From NCBI RefSeq assembly GCF_008831285.2, contig NC_045138.2, positions 14,508,001-14,572,000 of the forward strand: a DNA stretch of 64,000 nt, read 5' to 3'. The notes under the pieces were generated by a model, which saw only the letters and a program-made list of their open reading frames with translations, was not told the origin of the DNA and did not search any database. Below are positions 10,899-22,158 of this stretch, piece after piece; the stretch's first letter is position 1; the number at the start of each line of letters is the position of its first letter. The position numbers and the translations under genes were made by a program. This DNA is from Nymphaea colorata (lineage: Eukaryota).

Positions 10899-12767
10899 GA
10901 TGGCGATAGATTATCCAACATCATGGAGTCAGGCACGCTTGCTGGCATAATTAACCTGCCACTAACCTTTCCTGCATAAAAAATCGTTGCACATCAGATT
11001 AGAGAATTCACATAAATCTTTTACACTTATAACTTTGCTACTAGTAGTGAAAAATATGATTAAGCTGAAAATCCTGTTCTAATTTTCCTTCCAAAGGGGA
11101 AAAAGAAGAAGCTCCTAGAAGTTATCTTTTGGAAATAGGAAGAATTAACAGTGACAATTTTCTATTCTCTTTCAGACATTTTCACGAATAGTTGGTGGGC
11201 GGTTAAACCTCGCACAATGAAACCACCATCAGAAAGAAATATACAATTACAAATAGGTTGGCGTGGTAAAGCGCTTGAGATCAGAACGTAAAATAATCGC
11301 CAGCAATTGGCCGCTTTGGCAAGAACACATTCAAAACCAAAAGAAAAAGGAAACCTCAAGTGAAGCCATTTGTTAAACTTCAGAGGATGCTGATCCTACA
11401 CGTTTATTGCTTTTCCTATTAAACTTCAGCTTTAGGTGAATTTCGGTGAACTGGATGAAAACATTCATTTTCCTTGAAAACAGAATGGCTCATGACCTAA
11501 CACAAACATACACATAAGAGCTCAAAAAATAACCATAAGCATCATGAAGGCAAGAGAATGTGTCAATGCATCAAAATCCAAGAAATCACTTCCTTTTATT
11601 CGAAGAGACAATACCTGAAGCGTTAAGGAATAGACAGAGACATCCCACACCCTGAAAGTTTTATGTGCTACTCTTTCCTTTGATCCCACCTTCCACACCC
11701 TGAACTGGCTGCAAGGCAGATAATTGTAGCTGAGGCATCATGTCAGAATTGCTTTCCTGGAACTGAAGCTTCAATAATTAAGAAGAAAGGGGAATTGAAT
11801 CGTCTTGGACAACAAAAAGGCTCTAGGCCATTCCTTACAGTCGGCCACAGTGAGATGTTAACGCATGTTACACAACTCCACTGAAAAGAAAACTCCCTAC
11901 CATGAATTTATACATTGGCAATTCTCTGTGCACCCAACTTTTTATTTTGTAGAAAAGAGTGCTTTTGAACTTGTTAAATCCTGATATCATTCATCACTCA
12001 TCAGCTCCGTTATCAGTTCAGCAGCACAATCATTCGCGATGTTGTGTGATAGCGAAGAACGTTCGAAGCCATCCACCGGTGGGGAGCCGGAACTTTCGAA
12101 GTGCCACGGGGAACTTTTGTGCTGCTCGCTGCTCGCCGGTGGAACGGAAAAGGGACCGCGGCTGGGCCAGGCCGAGGCGGCGAGAGGCTGTTCGTTGGGA
12201 ACACCTGTTCGGCTACCGCCTACGGACAAAAAGCTACCCAATACCCACAGGCCACAGACCACGGATAAAAAACGAGTCGCGTCTATCTGGAAAAAAAAAT
12301 GTAATATTCAATTAAGAAATAGAATTTCAGATTTAACAAATGGCATCGGATTGATTTGGAATATACCATAATCTCATCTGATTTAGATACTGATTTAGAT
12401 CAGACTGTTGTTAGATAAATATTGTATATCAAATTCAGTCAAAATTCAGATTTGGATTTTAGATATGAATGTAAAAAGTCAAAGTTAGATCAAGTTTGCA
12501 TTCTAAAATCAGATTTCATACTCATATACGACTTTTTTTTATTTGCACTCGAATTCCAATTTGAATTCGAATATGTGAATATATGAAGAAGTTGAATATA
12601 GTTAAAGGTATATCTGCCGATCTGTTCACACCCTTTGTCTAATCTTAATCTTGGATGGATCACTTTAGATTGATGAATTGTGTTTTTCTTCTTGGTGCCA
12701 AATTAATTTTCTCAATCAAGCTTTGCCTAAAAGCCTCAGGATGCATGCCTTCACCATCCCGACCGAC

Positions 12768-12890
12768 CATTTGTTTCACATTATGGGTCGAGCCCACCCG
12801 ACCAACAAATTTGACCAAGATGTGGTCCGCATTTGTTTCAGACTATGGGTCGAGCCCACCGGACCAACAAATTTGACCAAGATGTGGCCC
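12768..12890. repeat. Tandem duplication, 62-bp unit x2
   Basis: CATTTGTTTCA.A.TATGGGTCGAGCCCACC.GACCAACAAATTTGACCAAGATGTGG.CC occurs at 12768 and 12830. Confidence 0.9.
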
Positions 12891-12941
12891 AGGTTCTATT
12901 CAAATCAAAAAGTTGGAGCGAAGAAAAGGAGGATTAAGAAC

Positions 12942-13072
12942 ATGGACGTAAATATCGAATCCATTTAAGATAGTCAAATTCAGATCTGATTCCTACTCGG
13001 TTAGCCCAATTTGAATAACTTGGATCTGATAAAACTATGACCTGATTACATAATCCGAATCATTTACATCCC
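12942..13072. mobile_element. Short MITE-like element of the TAGGGATGTAAAT-end family
   Basis: Left end ATGGACGTAAAT versus right end ATTTACATCCCT(AG). The same right-end motif ATTTACATCCCTAG recurs at ~26523-26536. Confidence 0.4.
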
Positions 13073-15547
13073 TAGTTAAAAACTATGATCTATTTCGCTT
13101 TCTCATGCACGTCCAAATTGGAAGATGAAAACTTTTGAAAAGCGGGCTTGTTTACTTTTAGAATCTTGCCAACCGATGGGAAGAATTGAGAGCAGATAAT
13201 TGAAATGAGGTATTGATATTGATGTCATTGATGGGGATGGGCAGATCTACAAGGATCTAATCTAATCCAAACTCACTGTTGGTGATTGATCCCTTTGCCT
13301 ACTTAAATAATTGGTCCAAATAGTTAGGAGAATGTCAAGCTATTTATTCATGAGATTCATGCTTATGTTTAGTCGATGTAGCCGATTGGTTTCTTGGTCT
13401 ATACTTTTTTTTTCTAGATACAAACTGTAGGATGAAATACTCTTCTTCTTGATCGAGACATTCAAAGAAGTTACATACGAGTACTGTGCATGTAAATATA
13501 TTTATATTTATATATATTTATGAATGAGAAAATTATATTTTGGATAATTAATATTAAAAAGCAACATACAAAGCATTAAATCATCATGGAAAATGTAAAA
13601 AATAACATGTTCTTTTATCGTCGCATCCAATTGTGTCGCTATATCCGGTGTCCGGACAAGATTTGAACGGCAAAGATTATTGAACACATTGAGGGCTCAA
13701 GTTCGGACCCACATTGAACACACTGAAAGCTTCATCCACTTAATCTGGAAAACAATGAATTTGAATTTTTTTTTTGTTTTTGGATTTGCCATAATATTTT
13801 ACTAATCAATTTCTGAGAATGAGCTGTATTTCTTTTTCACTAAAAAAAAATCCAAAATCCCTCTAGTCAGAAAGCACCAACTAGCCAGGATTTCCTTTAC
13901 ATACAAACTAATGATGTAATCCTCTACCTAAAAATGAATGTTGGGCCCCTAAACACTCGTTCACTTGGCTCAAATAAAGCACTCAAACCGTCACAAAAAA
14001 ACTTAGTTTCTAGTAAAATAATTTAATCTACCGACCATCAATTCCAAGAACATCAGATGTGGAGATCGAATTGCAACTAAGTTAGATTATTTTTTCAAGA
14101 GTCTAAAACACCTTTCAAAGAAGATAAAGGAGTTTTGTTTAAAGAATTGATCATTTATTTCCTCTTCTCTTTCTTTTGATAGGTATTTTGGGCTTGTCCT
14201 CTATTATTTACAACTTAATTTTCAATGTTTGGCGTCATCGAAATCGACTGCTCGAATGATCCTTTATCAAAGCTTACCTATATGTGGGAGATCGATAGCT
14301 ACTTTTTTTCCGGTAAACAACAAACAACAATCTCCTTCCGGTAACCCCACAATCGGCCACAATTTTTGGACGGCCAAAGAAAAACAGATGGCGACATGCC
14401 TTGCTTAAAGCTAACTGAGTGTGAAACAGTAGACTCTCATGCATGGACGCCTTCTTTCCATTCGAGATGTGACAGTGAGTGCCAACAGGAGCTTTCTCGG
14501 CTAAACTAAGAGGTGGGGTTTAAGACTTGAAGCCCCAAGAAGATTAACAATCTTATCATCAAAAATGCATTTTTTGCATAATTTTATAGCAGCTTACCTA
14601 ATTAACCTGCTAATAAAAATGAAGGGTAAGACCGGAAGCAAATATTTGTGCATATGATATTTCAATCTTGTAAAAGCTTTTGCTTCGATGGCAAATCTTT
14701 TTTTGCTTTTGATTTCGAAAGTGGCCCTCGTTTTATAGCTTTCTTTAACAGTCCTGAATTGCTAAATCACAGTTGGTACTCTTAAAAGGGTGTTTGGTAA
14801 GAAGAATATTATATCCTTAAATATCACAATAAAACGAGGCATGATAATAAAAAAGTTAATTTAGAAACCTGGGTTCTCACAGATTGTGAGGTCAAAGTCT
14901 CTGGAACTGCTACGTTGTGATTGATTATAACTAATAAGGCTCAACCACCTTGTTTGATTATATGGGATTTGAAATCAACTGATCTAATGTGGATTTGACG
15001 TGCCATGTTTTTACTGAGGTAGCGAAAGACCAATGCAGTCTTTATGAAGTGGATATAAAATACTCAAGATTTAGTATCTGCTACAGAATAACCAGAAAAG
15101 TTTGGTTTTGGATTAGCAAATATCATTTCATTGTTCTGTATTGCTACTGCTTTACTCTTGGCCGTGGCTGAAGATTCTTTCTCCAATACATATATATATA
15201 TATATATATGGAATGGTTCTTTTAAAACCAGAAGGTGCATATCTTTTTTAAGGAGACAGAAAAGCAAAGACCAAATAATGTGAAGGAAGAGGAGCCCAGG
15301 AAACAAAAGCCTAGTGGAGTGTAAAGCATATATTTTATTGTTGTGGCAACATCAAAAGTGCTTTTCGCATGTCTTTTCCACGTCAAATGTGCACCAAGAA
15401 ATAGAGCCTAGAGGGTATCAAAATAGAGCATCTCTGGTCCCATGCTCCTTTTTTGCTCTATAAAAATACGGAAGTATAAGAAATTTTCTTCCCCCCGAAC
15501 TGGAAACTCATCTCATTAGTCCCCTTAGACTGCCATCAAGGAGGACA

Positions 15548-18500
15548 ATGTCTAAATACAAGCCTTACCTGGCCATGATCTGTGTGCACTCCATATATGC
15601 AGGCATGGCCTTGCTCACCAAGGCAGCACTCAACCAGGGAATGAATCACTTCGTGTTTGTTGTCTACAGACAAGCCATGGCTGCCGCCTTCTTGGTGCCA
15701 ATCGCACTGGTCTTCGAGAGGTTGCTTCTTGCTCTTTTGCTGTTAATCATTAAAAGAGATGTGGCAAGTTTAGATCTCATAGCATGCATCTCTTTTCAAG
15801 ATTCAGTTTATATGTACCTTCTGACAAGGAGGAGAAGCCCCTGCAGGTTTGCCAATTGGTAGTCTGCAACTGAAAATGTAATATAGACTGACTAAAAGGA
15901 CCTGACTTTTCCCTTGGCCTAGCCAAAAGGACACTGAAGTCTTTAGTACATATCATTATGTGATGCACATACATGTATATTAGTGAGACAACAAAATCAC
16001 CATGTGAACCATAGCATTTCACATATAAATCATGAACATTGTCATAATGATACGATGTCCATCTTCTTTTCTTGGAATCACAGGAAGAAAGCTTCGTTGC
16101 TGTCATTTCAACTCTTCTGCAAGGCTTCCCTTGTGTCCCTTGTGGGGTATGTTGCAGTTCAAAAGAAACTTTCTTGCTTTATATTACTTTAAAATTTTGT
16201 GGTTTGTCCTTGGATTCCATGAAAAGGAAATTCAGACAACTTGTTGAATGGTGGGATGTTGTTGCAGGATCACTTTGAGCCTGAATCTCTATATGATTGC
16301 CATATCATATACATCTGCTACCCTTGCAACTGCCACTACCAATATCGTTCCAGTTTTCACCTTCATCTTGGCAGTCCTGTTCAGGTTGGTTTAATTTATT
16401 TTATTGCTAATCAGATATAATTGAGCGCATGGTGAATCCTGCTCTAGTTCTTTCCGTTGTTGATTGAAGGCTGAAAATCTGTACAGCCGGAAAAAACCAA
16501 TCAGGATTAAAGCTGAGTGATACATGGAGATGGCTTGGCAGTCTGTGTTATAATGATCAGCATACAAGTTAATGTCCCAATCATATATTAATGACTAGAA
16601 AGTATCTCCATATGAGTTCAATATCAATGAAAAGGTCACGGAGTATTCTGACTTGACCATCACAGATTCACAGCAGTTCTTCATTGAGGAAATCTGCCAA
16701 GGTGTCTGCTAGATGTGAATTCTATTTACTTGGTGAAGGTTCTCAGCTTTGTTGAGCTTCTTAAATATTACTCTGTGTATCGATATTGGTAGAATATAAA
16801 AAGCCTCCTTAAGGAAGCAATGATTTGCAAGTTGAAATTGCTACCATGTTCTTCTATAATAAATTTGGAGTTTATAAATGAGCAGGATGGAGATCTTCAG
16901 TATTAGGACAACATACGGCAAACTTAAGATTGTGGGCCTCGTATCTTGCCTAGGTGGTGGTGTCATACTAGCACTTTACAAAGGACCTTCAATAAGATTC
17001 TTGGGTCATCATCAAGCTTCAATTAAAGGAGTCGGCGACGCCCCTGCTTCGGGCCATGAACCTTCGATGAGAGACTGGATAATTGGGACATTCTTAATGC
17101 TTTCCTCCAATCTGACCTGGTCATTCTGGTTGCTAATGCAGGTAACCGCTCACGAAAGCTTTAAAACCATACGTTTCTTTCCTTTTGTGAAACTTCCACA
17201 TATGTCATTTAGTGTAGAGCTTACTTTCTTTGAAAAAAGGTAAAATTTTCCATGAATGATCGAAGTTCTGTTTTAAGTCACAAGTTTCAACGTCTATATG
17301 CTCAATCAACCAGAATGATTTGAAGTTATGACTTGTCTAATTTATATGCTAACTATGCATTAAATTTGTAAGCTAGCATGCACTTAGGCACACATACAAT
17401 GAAAGTCTCTAAGGGACTGTTTGGCAGCAGTAATACTCTGTTGTTGTCCTATGAATATACCATATAAAATAGATCTGATTCATGGAACACTTGTCATAAT
17501 GTTGGATGAATCTACCTTATGTTTTTGAAGCACATTTAGAGAACAATATCAGAGTGTTACTGTTTCCACCGTACGTGTCATTGAATTGTCAAATAACTGT
17601 CCTCATTAAGATAGTCCACTGCTATATATTGGGATCAACTAATCTTGATGAATTTCATAACACGGTTCATTTGTGAATCTTATATGTATATAACTATTGG
17701 TGCAGGCCCCTCTTCTCAAGGTCTACCCCTTTAAGCTGTCCTTAACTTCTCTGCAATGCCTTCTGAGTGCCCTCCAATCTGCACTGGTAGCCTTTGCCTT
17801 TGAAAGAAAAGCCTCGGCATGGAGGTTGAGCTTTGATATCAAGCTTCTCTCAGTTATATACTGCGTATGTTCTACCTAATTAATATTTTCAGTACCCTTC
17901 TGTTGATTAATAGTACAAAAAATCCTTCTTTACTTAACAAGTGAACAAAAAATGGTATACTTAAGGGGCCATTTGATAGCAATAACATATTGTCGTTGTT
18001 CCATAAATATGCTTCCAAAGCATTGAGCATATTACTTGTTACAGTGTGCCATGAATCTGCCCATTTTTTTGGGTAGGTTCATGAGGCTGTTACCAAGCGG
18101 CCCCTAAGGGTCCATTTGATAAACAAAACAGTATATAACTATGACATGAATATGGCTTAATGATTGGGACAGATTCATAGGACACGAATCTGCCACAACT
18201 TCTAATGCAGATTCATGCAACAGTTACAAACTGTTCTATTTGTCAAAGGAGCCCCAAAAGATCGTTACAGAATGCACAACCATTTGTTTACTATGAACAA
18301 TGTAACTTAAGAAGCTTGCCAAATTGATGAGGCTGCGGGTTCGAAATCCAGCTGGGAAGTGTGAACTCTTGGGATTGGTACATGAAAGGCTATGCTAATT
18401 CAGATTTGGGTTTTATTTTCAGGGCGTGATCGTGACCGGAGTAACATATTGGCTGCAGGTGTGGTGTGTGGCGAAGAAAGGGCCGGTGTTCACTGCCATT

Positions 18501-19391
18501 TTCACTCCATTGTCGTTAGTCATCACCATTATTTTCTCATGTTTCTTGTTTGGGGACTTGTTCTATGCTGGAAGGTAAGTTGTAGACAAACAAAGCCTGA
18601 GGTTCATTTATATTCTTCTTCTAAATTTCAGGTTCCATAACTTTGTCTCCAGAACTAACTCAGATCGAGTTGTGTACACACTTCTATACACCCAACAAGT
18701 ATGCGCCAAAGTGAAAAACAAAGTCCATTTTTTGCTTACACTTTTAACGCTAAAGTAAAGAAAGTGTTCAATGCAATCATGGAGCTGAAGCTGTGGGCTC
18801 TCCTCCTTTGGTAGGTGGGAGTGGGACTTCGGCTGGGGTCGGCGTTTGACGGAAAGGCTTTCCTTTTGAAATAGCAAGAAAGAGAAGGGATAATTGAGCT
18901 TTATCAAGTTCAGATAACGTCTGAATTATCTCAATTAAGCTTATTTCTCATATCAAATTAAGAAACTTATCTTATGAATGAAAAGCTTGACATTCTTTAA
19001 TTTGTGGACATACTTATAGTTTTGCTTTTTTTTTATTCTTTATGAAACTACATCCAAGCCGAGAGACTTTGCTGCTTGCCCGGCAGCATAAAACTCTGAT
19101 GCTAGTACCCAACCTATGTTGAAATTATTATTATTATTATTTGCATTTATTATGTTAAGTTGTCATTAATGAGAATAGCTGATATATTTTGGTGTGATGG
19201 AACATGCAAAACAGCGAGTGGTTGCAACGCATATTAATTATTTGAGCCATTTACGTTCATATCTTCATTAATGCAGTGGGCTTGGTTCGATTTTCATGGC
19301 GGTTGGTCTGTACTGCGTCCTATGGGGAAAGAACGGGGAAGAGAACCAGAGGCATGATGATGAAGTGATATCAAGAGAAGAGGCGTGTTAA
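15548..19391 (+). CDS. WAT1-related / UMAMIT (MtN21, EamA) amino-acid transporter, 344 aa. Exons 15548-15720, 16084-16146, 16268-16384, 16886-17141, 17706-17864, 18423-18574, 19277-19391
   Basis: All introns are GT-AG and the spliced length of 1035 nt is in frame. Family motifs: KPYLAM...GMNHFVFVVYRQA, YTSATLATATTNIVPVFTFILAVLFRME, KIVGLVSCLGG, WSFWLLMQ, KKGPVFTAIFTPL, GLYCVLWGK. A TATA box (CTATAAAA) lies at ~15457. Confidence 0.95.
17965..18104. mobile_element. Tourist-like (PIF/Harbinger) MITE in UMAMIT intron 5
   Basis: TAA target-site duplication on both sides (17962-64 and 18105-07). TIR GGGGCCATTTGATAGCA versus GGGGCCGCTTGGTAACA (13/17). Confidence 0.75.
18108..18254. mobile_element. 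Second Tourist-like MITE directly abutting the first
   Basis: Preceded by the shared TAA. TIR GGGTCCATTTGATAAACAAAACAGT versus GGGCTCCTTTGACAAATAGAACAGT (19/25). Followed by CAA, a decayed TAA. Confidence 0.7.
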
Positions 19392-20925
19392 TCCATTCTT
19401 GGCATGATTTCTGTAACGTCCACAAGCTTTTATGAATCGTCATTCCTTATCGCAAGAACGGACGGCTGATCGGATAAAGAATCTGAAAAATATTTTCCAA
19501 CCTATAAACAGCAAACTAATTGCTTCTCTTATATATATATATATATATACATAACCAGTTATGTTGTGTCTGTAAAACCCATGAATTTCAGTAATGTTCT
19601 ATACTTTCAGAAATTGTTGATTTATGTGCTCGGATGAAAAATCAGTTGTATTCGACACTTTTATCCTTCTATATGCATGACTAGAAGTTCCACTTGGTAA
19701 GAAATGATACAAGATGTAATTTTTTTTTTTTTTACTTGAATGAAAACTGGGCATCTACCTGATATTGGATTCTTGTCTTCTTCATGAGGGATTTGATAGT
19801 CAAGGAAAAAAAAGAAAAAGTGTATTGAAGGAGTGAAATTTCACATATATTTGTATGTCCCAAAACAAAAAACTAGGGAAATTTCACCCGTAGTGCATTG
19901 CAAAAGCTAAAAATCTTGAGGGAAAAACAAAAGAATAGGTGTGGTTCGATTTTTTTTTTAATTCTAAAAAGTATATATTTTTTCATAAAAAATTAAAAAT
20001 ACTCCAACCCTTTTTCATTTTTCCTTGACTGTATGTTTGTTAGGTCCACACCCTGATACACGCAACTCTATCTCTCTTTAACTAGCTAATGAAGCAAGTT
20101 TATGGTTCAAAGAATTAAACCTTCTTTTTTAGAGTGTTGGACAAGATCCTCCAGAGATCAGCATCAGAATAATGAGTATTCAAACACTAATTCCAATAGG
20201 ATGAACACAAACAAATCTGTTTAAAATATCTTATTTTATTTACTGTTTACCAAAATCATATCTAGCCGATCTACTTGTAAATGAAATATCTGATCCAACT
20301 TCTTCCTTTTTGAATTAACATGATTCAAATATATAAAAGAATTCGATTACCGATGCTCATGTAGTCACGTTCCACGCGATCCAACCCGATGACGTTTATA
20401 TAAATGCAAGTCGGATCCAAATTCGGTTTTAAAATGTACGAACTACGCATTCAACTTCCAATTCGGGTCCGATGAATTCGAATACTAAAATTAGGTAAGG
20501 TTTGGATCCGTCAGAGATGGGGAGCCCTTGAAACGAGTGCTAACTATCGGCTGGCGGCATGCTTCCCTGTTCTGCAGCCCGTGTTCCACGAAGCCTCTGT
20601 AACGAAAATGGCCGGTCGGAAAGGTTCTTCCTTCCTTTGCGGGTTGATCAGTTTGTGGTGCAGCGGCGACTGCGCTGTCATTATCGGCCATCGCCACCAC
20701 CTCCCCTTCTCCTCATTCCTATATAAGAAGAGCCCGCCCCTGTGGACGAACCATCCCACTGCACTTCTCGCCTTCCTTCTCCTTTGCCGTATTCTTTTTC
20801 TCTCCACACCTCTCTCTCTCTCATCACTCTCATCTCCATTGCTGGTCGAAGCTCGGCCGGTCGGTCTGCTGTTCCACAGCAGGAGGAAAAGGACAGAAGA
20901 AGAAGGAGAGTGAGAGAGAGAAAAG

Positions 20926-21409
20926 ATGGGAGGTTGTGCCAGCATTCCCAAAGCAGATAACGCCGAGCCTTTGGCGGCGGAACCCGAGGTCGCAGATCCG
21001 GCGGCAGCTCCCACCGAAGCTGCCGCAGCAGCAGACGTCCAGGTAAGTCAAAAAAGCGCTCATCGTTTGCTTGGATGATTTATGTGAATCCCCAAGTGGA
21101 CATGCTTTAACCTCTGTTGTTGATCGACATTAAACGAGCTATGCTTCCACATTGCAGGTTGAAGGAGAAACCCCCAAGGAAAACCACGAGGCACCAGCGG
21201 CGGAGGCACCGGAGACCAAGCCGGCGGCCGAAGCTCCAAAATTCGATGCGGCTGTCGTAGACGCACCTGCCGAGAAGGCTGAAGCCGCCGTCGAGAAGGC
21301 CGGGGCCAAGGTCGCAGACGAGCCACCTGCTGAGAAGGCAGAGAAAGCGGTTGAGCACAAGGATGAGGAAGCAGCCAAGGAAGAGAAGAAGGAGGAGGTC
21401 AAGCCATGA
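20926..21409 (+). CDS. Small acidic Ala/Glu/Lys/Pro-rich, probably disordered protein of 122 aa with an N-terminal MGGCAS acylation motif. Exons 20926-21042 and 21158-21409
   Basis: Good start context AAGATGG; CAG|GTAAGT donor and TTGCAG acceptor, phase 0; GC3-rich codons; TATA (CTATATAA) at ~20719 and a CT/GA-rich leader. Protein: MGGCASIPKADNAEPLAAEPEVADPAAAPTEAAAAADVQ|VEGETPKENHEAPAAEAPETKP...EEKKEEVKP. Confidence 0.88.
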
Positions 21410-22158
21410 GAGGGATCCATAATCACTATGTTGCTGGGAAAGAAGATGAAGAAGAAGAAAAAAAAAAAGTTGATAATTATGTGATGTGTTGAGAACTTGT
21501 GTCTATGCAGCTTGGTCGATTGTCGAAGATTTAATTTTTTTTTTTTAAGTTGTTGGTGATATGAAGTTCTTGTGGATGAATCCTACATTCTCAGCATTGT
21601 TTTTGTGTTACATCCATCGTTGAAAAACAAAAAAGAAGTACGTAATATTCTGAATTTAGTGAATAATTAATTCGTTTTGAGCGAATAATTTGCTTTCCTG
21701 GGCCCCTTCTCACAATTCTATATATATATATATATATGCTTTGATTTATTTAACTTAATTTATAAAAGGGTGACCTCAATATACGATATAGCAAGTTCTA
21801 AAAAATTATTGTTGCTGAGCATAGACTTTACTAATAACAACTATTTATGCCACAAGACTTTAAAAACAACATTGCGCACCAATTGCAAGGAATGAGATCA
21901 TTCAGAGAGCGTTTGATCATGAACAAAGTAAGCCTACTTGGATATTGAACATTTGCCTTAGCACGCATAATTTCCTAGACGGCACATATGAACTTTATAT
22001 TAATCAATTACAGTCTTCAATTGTTTACTCAAGCTAGGTGACGAAAAATCATCATCTTTGGCCATGGGCCTACATGGATCACCTTCTAATTTCCTTTAAA
22101 ATTTTAATTACCTGCTACTTTTTCCGACAAGCACAGCCGCATAATTAATTGATCTTAA

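Noticed and set aside
20544..21426. Several overlapping antisense and alternative-frame ORFs around the small acidic gene
   Set aside because: Shadow ORFs of GC-rich, low-complexity coding and leader sequence; only the MGGCAS model has coherent TATA, start and splice signals.
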